Origin: Victivallales bacterium
GTDB taxonomy: Bacteria; Verrucomicrobiota; Lentisphaeria; Victivallales; UBA1829
DNA: 64,000 bases
Assembly (NCBI GenBank): GCA_045639325.1
Contig: JAZUCU010000024.1
Span: 4,737-68,736, forward strand
Direction: 5' to 3'
In this document: piece after piece, positions 59,423 through 64,000 of the stretch
Layout of the letters: every line of letters begins with the position of its first letter
Position numbering within the stretch: the stretch's first letter is position 1
Notes under the pieces: model-generated
Database searches by the model: none
What the model was told of the DNA's origin: nothing
The model's input: only the letters and a program-made list of their open reading frames with translations
Position numbers and translations under genes: made by a program

Positions 59423-60423
59423 TGACGTGTATTTATCCTGATGGAGCAGCTCTGCTGGCACCCATCGCCGGACTTTCTGATCTTCCGATGCGTATGGCGT
59501 GCCGGAAATTCGGCTGCAAATATGCTTTCACCGAGATGATCGATGCCGGATCCCTTGTGTTCGGCAATCCGAAAACCATGTATCTTGCAAAACGTGGAGA
59601 ACAGGAAGATTTTCTCGGTGTGCAGCTTGTCGGTTCCGATCCGGAAACATTGAAAAAAGCCGTTGAGATTGTCAATCATCTCCATTTTGATGTTCTTGAC
59701 TTCAATTTAGGCTGTCCGGCTCCCAAAGTTGCGAAAAAAGATGAAGGCATAGCCTTTGCTTTACGCCGCCCGGATGAAGCAGTTAAAGCCGTTGAATTAC
59801 TGGTCAAACACGCAAAAATTCCCGTGACCGTCAAAACCCGGATTCATTCTGAAACGGACCCGGAATTGACCGTTGCATTCTGCAAACGGCTGGAAGAAAC
59901 GGGGATTCATGCATTGACGCTTCACGGCAGAATTATGAAAACATTCTATTCCGGTCCGGTATTTTATGATGTCATCCGTGCCGTCCGTGAAACTCTCCAT
60001 ATTCCTGTGATTGCCAACGGCGGCGGTTTGACGCCGGAAACTTGCACCCCGCTTCTGACGGAAACCGGTTGTACCCGGCTCATGATAGCCCGTGGTGCAT
60101 TAGGAAATCCGTGGATTTTCCGGGAATTGGCAGGTGGTGACCCGCCCACATTGAAAGAGTTTGCCGTGCAGCTGGAAAGTCATATCCGTGATATGATTGA
60201 TTATTATGGATATGATCTTGGTTTCCGTGTTGCACGCAAGACGGTACTTGAATATTTACGCGGCAGAGGATTCCCTGCGCCATTGCGTGCATCGGTATCG
60301 ACTTTGGCCGGATGGAATACATTTGAAACATTTATGATCGGAGTCCGCCAGGGACCGACGGATCGTTATTGGGAATTTCTGGAAAAATATCCGGAGCAAT
60401 TGGAACGCAAATTAAAAGCCTGA
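59422..60423 (+). CDS. dusB: tRNA-dihydrouridine synthase (DusB-like)
   Basis: LAPIAG, FTEM, DFNLGCP, TVKTR, TLHGR, VIANG, MIARGALGNPWIF. Confidence 0.88.
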   Translation: MTCIYPDGAALLAPIAGLSDLPMRMACRKFGCKYAFTEMIDAGSLVFGNPKTMYLAKRGEQEDFLGVQLVGSDPETLKKAVEIVNHLHFDVLDFNLGCPAPKVAKKDEGIAFALRRPDEAVKAVELLVKHAKIPVTVKTRIHSETDPELTVAFCKRLEETGIHALTLHGRIMKTFYSGPVFYDVIRAVRETLHIPVIANGGGLTPETCTPLLTETGCTRLMIARGALGNPWIFRELAGGDPPTLKEFAVQLESHIRDMIDYYGYDLGFRVARKTVLEYLRGRGFPAPLRASVSTLAGWNTFETFMIGVRQGPTDRYWEFLEKYPEQLERKLKA

Positions 60424-60431
60424 GGTGTGCC

Positions 60432-61505
60432 ATGAATATGGAGTTACAGAAAGAAGCACAGCGGATTGTTGACGAAGCAGTATCAAGCGGACGTGAACAC
60501 AGTGTTCAATTCTGTGCGTATCGTGATGGCGAATGTATCATTGATGTGTTTGCCGGCAGAAAAGATTTTACAACTTCAGATAAAGTGGATAATCACACCC
60601 TGTTCCCCGTTTATTCCACAAGTAAAACGGTTCCGGCAACCGCAATATGCCGTTTGATTGCTCAGGGAAAAATCAGCGCAGAAACACCGGTCCGGGATTA
60701 TTGGAAAGAATTTGCCGTCAACGGTAAAGAAAATACATTGTTGCTGCATCTGCTCAATCATTCCTCCGGACTCCCGCAGCGTTTCCCGGAACAGAAGACA
60801 TACGAGTTTGTCGCAGACTGGCAATCCATGATCCATGTGATCGAAAACTGCAAGCCGGATTGGGAACCGGGTACCAAGACCCGTTATCAATCCCTTACTT
60901 ACGGCTGGGTGACGGCAGAGACCATTCAGCGTGTTACCGGTATGTCATTCCGGGACTATGCGCTGAAAGAATTGTTTGAGCCTGCGGGTATCAAAGATTT
61001 TATTTTCGGTCTTACGGAAGAAGAGGAAAAGCGGACCGCAGAATTTCAGGTGGAACCGGGTAAAAAGCCGGGTGTACACCCGGAAATCCCCACAATTTGT
61101 GATACGCTGGAAGATTTGATGCATGCTCCTCAGATTCGAAAAGCAGCCTTGCCCGGATTCAATGGTTTTGCATCTGCCCGCGGACTTGCAGAATTCTATA
61201 ATGCAATATTAAGTAATCTGTATTTTGACCGTGCCATGTTGCAGGATGCAACCACAAGCCGGTGTCCGGAACAATATGAAGAAAATGCACTCAGCATGTT
61301 CGGTCACGGCTATCAGCTGTTGAATCAGGATAAGACTGACCGTGGTCAGATTTTCGGACATCACGGTTATGGCGGTGCCGGTGGTGCTGCTGACCGGAAA
61401 CGTAATATAGCTGTCGGTTTTACTACTTCCTACATGGGGTATCACCCGTGTAAATTACAGTTGTTCGAACTTGCCGGATTGACCGGTCACCCGGCCGGGA
61501 TTTAA
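60432..61505 (+). CDS. Serine hydrolase, beta-lactamase/esterase family
   Basis: YSTSK (SxxK), LLNHSSGL, PG...YQS, FGHHGYGG; SD GAGGTG before 60432. Confidence 0.88.
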   Translation: MNMELQKEAQRIVDEAVSSGREHSVQFCAYRDGECIIDVFAGRKDFTTSDKVDNHTLFPVYSTSKTVPATAICRLIAQGKISAETPVRDYWKEFAVNGKENTLLLHLLNHSSGLPQRFPEQKTYEFVADWQSMIHVIENCKPDWEPGTKTRYQSLTYGWVTAETIQRVTGMSFRDYALKELFEPAGIKDFIFGLTEEEEKRTAEFQVEPGKKPGVHPEIPTICDTLEDLMHAPQIRKAALPGFNGFASARGLAEFYNAILSNLYFDRAMLQDATTSRCPEQYEENALSMFGHGYQLLNQDKTDRGQIFGHHGYGGAGGAADRKRNIAVGFTTSYMGYHPCKLQLFELAGLTGHPAGI

Positions 61506-61532
61506 TGGTTTCAGATGCAGGAGGAGTGCAAA

Positions 61533-62969
61533 ATGGTCAATCTTTATCAGCGTATTCTGGAAGAAAATGCGGGCTATGAAGGCGTTGCCGTGTGTGATCG
61601 CGGCCGCATGATTACTTATCCTGAATTATTCAAAACGGTTGACTTTATTATTGGTCGTCTGAAAAAGAATGGCGTCGATGCCGGTTCCCGTGTCGCAATT
61701 CTGGCCGATGACTCCATGGAATACATTGCAGTTTCTCTTGCGGTGCTGGCATTGGAATGTGTGATCGTTCCCTTTTCCTCCCGTGCGCCGGAAAATGAAG
61801 TGCGGAATATGCTTTCTGAAATGGGCGTCAATGTCATGCTTTGTTCAGAAAAATATCATCGGGAAGAAGATTCCACTATGACAGTGCCGGAATCTTTCCT
61901 GGATAATTTTTATCTCCGTTTTCTCACCGGAAAGATTCAGCCGATTGCACTGCCGGAAAATAAACAGGCGGCATTCATCCGTTTTTCCTCCGGAACGACC
62001 GGCAATAATAAAGGCGTGGTATTGTCTCATGACAGCGTGATTGAGCGTACTGATGCCTGTCTGGAACTGGGTGTCACCCGTGGAGAAAAAGTTTTCTGGG
62101 TGCTGGATATGGCATTCCATTTTGTCGTGACAATTTTGTTATTCCTGCGGAAAGGTGCCTGTATTGTGATCTGCCCGCCGCCGGTTGAGGCAAATATGGC
62201 ACAGGTGATGAAAGAGCATGAAGTCAGTTTGCTGTATGCAACGCCGTATCATTACCGCCTGATGACCTCATCGGAAGAAATCACGCCGGATATGTTAAAG
62301 GGTGTCAGACGCGCTTTTTCGACAGCGATGAAGCTGGAATCTTCCGACGCCATTGCTTTCCGTGAGAAATTTGCTTTGCCTTTGACTCAGGCGTATGGAA
62401 TTATTGAGGTCGGTCTGCCTTGTATCAATGTATCGGATCGACCGGATAAAGTCAACAGTGTGGGGCGTTTGCAATCTGCTTATCAGCTCCGTCTTGCGGA
62501 TGCGGATGAATCCGGGGCAGGGCGTGTGTTGTTGAAGGGACCGGGCTTTTTCGATGCGTATCTGACCCCGTTCAAACTGCGTTCCGAGATTTGTGAAGAC
62601 GGCTGTTATTTCAATACCGGCGATATCGGACGTATGGATGATGACGGGTATTTATATCTGATCGGCAGAGCAAAGAACGTAATCAACTTTGCAGGAATGA
62701 AAGTATTTCCGTCGGAAATCGAAACGGTTCTGCTGGATCATCCGTGGGTGCGTGAGTGTCGTGTTTCCGGTCAGGTTGCCGGAGCATTCGGAGAAGTACC
62801 TGTAGCTGAGATCGTTGTAGCTGCAGATACGGTATTGATCGAAGGGTGGGAAGATGCATTGCGTGAATTCTGTTATCGCCGACTTGCACCCTACAAAGTG
62901 CCGAAACTGTTCCGTCAGGTGGAGTCATTGCCCCGTACAGCGAGTGGCAAGATCATCCGCCGTTCATAA
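61533..62969 (+). CDS. Class I adenylate-forming enzyme (acyl-CoA/acyl-carrier ligase-like)
   Basis: FSSGTTGNNKG, QAYGIIE, NTGDIG, IGRAK, LPRTASGKI. Confidence 0.88.
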   Translation: MVNLYQRILEENAGYEGVAVCDRGRMITYPELFKTVDFIIGRLKKNGVDAGSRVAILADDSMEYIAVSLAVLALECVIVPFSSRAPENEVRNMLSEMGVNVMLCSEKYHREEDSTMTVPESFLDNFYLRFLTGKIQPIALPENKQAAFIRFSSGTTGNNKGVVLSHDSVIERTDACLELGVTRGEKVFWVLDMAFHFVVTILLFLRKGACIVICPPPVEANMAQVMKEHEVSLLYATPYHYRLMTSSEEITPDMLKGVRRAFSTAMKLESSDAIAFREKFALPLTQAYGIIEVGLPCINVSDRPDKVNSVGRLQSAYQLRLADADESGAGRVLLKGPGFFDAYLTPFKLRSEICEDGCYFNTGDIGRMDDDGYLYLIGRAKNVINFAGMKVFPSEIETVLLDHPWVRECRVSGQVAGAFGEVPVAEIVVAADTVLIEGWEDALREFCYRRLAPYKVPKLFRQVESLPRTASGKIIRRS

Positions 62970-63067
62970 AAAAAATCAAAAAAAATAAACGGTGAGACTT
63001 GTAAAAAAACAATTTCAGGTTTAAATTACCGGATAAATAAAAACTGAAATATAGGAAGTGCAGAACT

Positions 63068-63832
63068 ATGTCTAAAATCGTAGAAATCATGCCGTGCCTT
63101 GATATGCAGGCAGGCCGCGTTGTAAAAGGTGTACACTTTGTTGATATTGCTGATGCCGGTGACCCTGTAGAATGTGCAAAAGCATATTGCGCAGCCGGTG
63201 CCGACCAGCTTGCATTGCTCGATATTACAGCGACCGTTGAAAATCGCGGCACATTGGTTAATGTTGTCCGCAATGTTGCAGCCGCTGCAACTGTTCCGTT
63301 TACTGTGGGCGGCGGTATCTCTGATTTGAAATCTGCAGAAGCCGTTCTCTCTGCCGGTGCCGACAAAATCTCCACCAGCAGTGCCGCATTCCGCAAGCCG
63401 GATCTGATTCCCGCATTGATTAAAGAATTCGGCGCGGATAAAATCACTGTTGCAATCGACGTTGACCGTAACGATGCGCTCCCCTCCGGATACGAAGTTT
63501 ACATTGATGGCGGCCGTACTGCCACCGGCGTGGATGCTGTGGAATGGGGTAAACGTGTGGATGGTTACGGCGTGCAGGTGATTCTGCCCACAAGTAAAGC
63601 CGGTGACGGTGCAAAGACCGGATACGATCTGCCGTTGATCCGTTGTCTTGCAGAAAGCTGCAATGCCCGCATTGTTGCATCCGGCGGAGCAGGTACAATG
63701 GAACATTTTCTTGATGCTGTGAATGCAGGCGCAACCATTCTGCTTGCCGCATCTGTTTTCCACTTTAACATGATTTCCATTCCTGAGCTGAAAAAATATC
63801 TGCGTGCAAACAACGTAAAACTCAAGGATTGA
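63068..63832 (+). CDS. hisF: Imidazole glycerol phosphate synthase cyclase subunit
   Basis: MPCLD, VVKG, GDPVE, LDITA, PFTVGGGI, ASGGAG, LAASVFH. Confidence 0.95.
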   Translation: MSKIVEIMPCLDMQAGRVVKGVHFVDIADAGDPVECAKAYCAAGADQLALLDITATVENRGTLVNVVRNVAAAATVPFTVGGGISDLKSAEAVLSAGADKISTSSAAFRKPDLIPALIKEFGADKITVAIDVDRNDALPSGYEVYIDGGRTATGVDAVEWGKRVDGYGVQVILPTSKAGDGAKTGYDLPLIRCLAESCNARIVASGGAGTMEHFLDAVNAGATILLAASVFHFNMISIPELKKYLRANNVKLKD

Positions 63833-63860
63833 TCAATCAACTTTATCAAATAAGGAGAGT

Positions 63861-64000
63861 ATGATGTCAGCCCGCATTTTATCCGTGTTGATTATTCTGT
63901 CTTTTGCAGTGACCCTTTATGGTCAAACTGCAAAGCAGATAGAATTATTGAAACAATATGCAAATAAAGGCAGTGCAGCTTGCAGTTACCGTCTGGCTGA
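63861..64000 (+). CDS. Secreted protein, 5' part only (possibly Sel1-repeat)
   Basis: SD AAGGAG, signal peptide MMSARILSVLIILSFAVTLYG, then ANKGSAACSYRLA resembling a Sel1 repeat start; runs off the window. Confidence 0.55.
   Translation, partial: MMSARILSVLIILSFAVTLYGQTAKQIELLKQYANKGSAACSYRLA

Noticed and set aside
60432-61505. Beta-lactam resistance gene
   Set aside because: No signal peptide and motifs typical of cytoplasmic esterase-type serine hydrolases; resistance cannot be inferred

Overview
A 64-kb bacterial chromosomal window. The gene repertoire suggests an anaerobic PVC-superphylum organism, probably Lentisphaerae (inference from prepilin/H-X9-DG proteins, DUF4838/CBM9 proteins and a TIGR04138-like protein). 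Housekeeping genes (aas, rnpB, purM, tyrS, argG, arfB, proS, proC, fabB/F, dusB, hisF) are interspersed with carbohydrate-utilisation genes (GH127, GH95-like, GH123/DUF4091-like, GH39-like, DUF4838) and four AraC regulators. There is also an oxygen-detoxification operon (dfx-fprA-rubredoxin) and a MarR-RND efflux operon. Features absent from the ORF track: RNase P RNA, a rubredoxin gene, a 166-bp MITE (18-bp TIRs, 4-bp TSD), a truncated HEPN toxin behind an MNT antitoxin, REP-like GTCnGAC repeats, and a rod-like G-U-rich RNA candidate at the start of an AT-rich islet that also holds a 47/48-bp direct repeat and two orphan membrane proteins. Notable protein architectures: a pilin-leader/CBM9/GH39 fusion, an MlaA-lipase (MlaZ-MlaY-like) fusion and an XRE-cupin/acyl-CoA synthetase fusion. 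No CRISPR array, rRNA, tRNA, transposase or integrase was seen. All family calls are by eye from motifs; no database searches were run.
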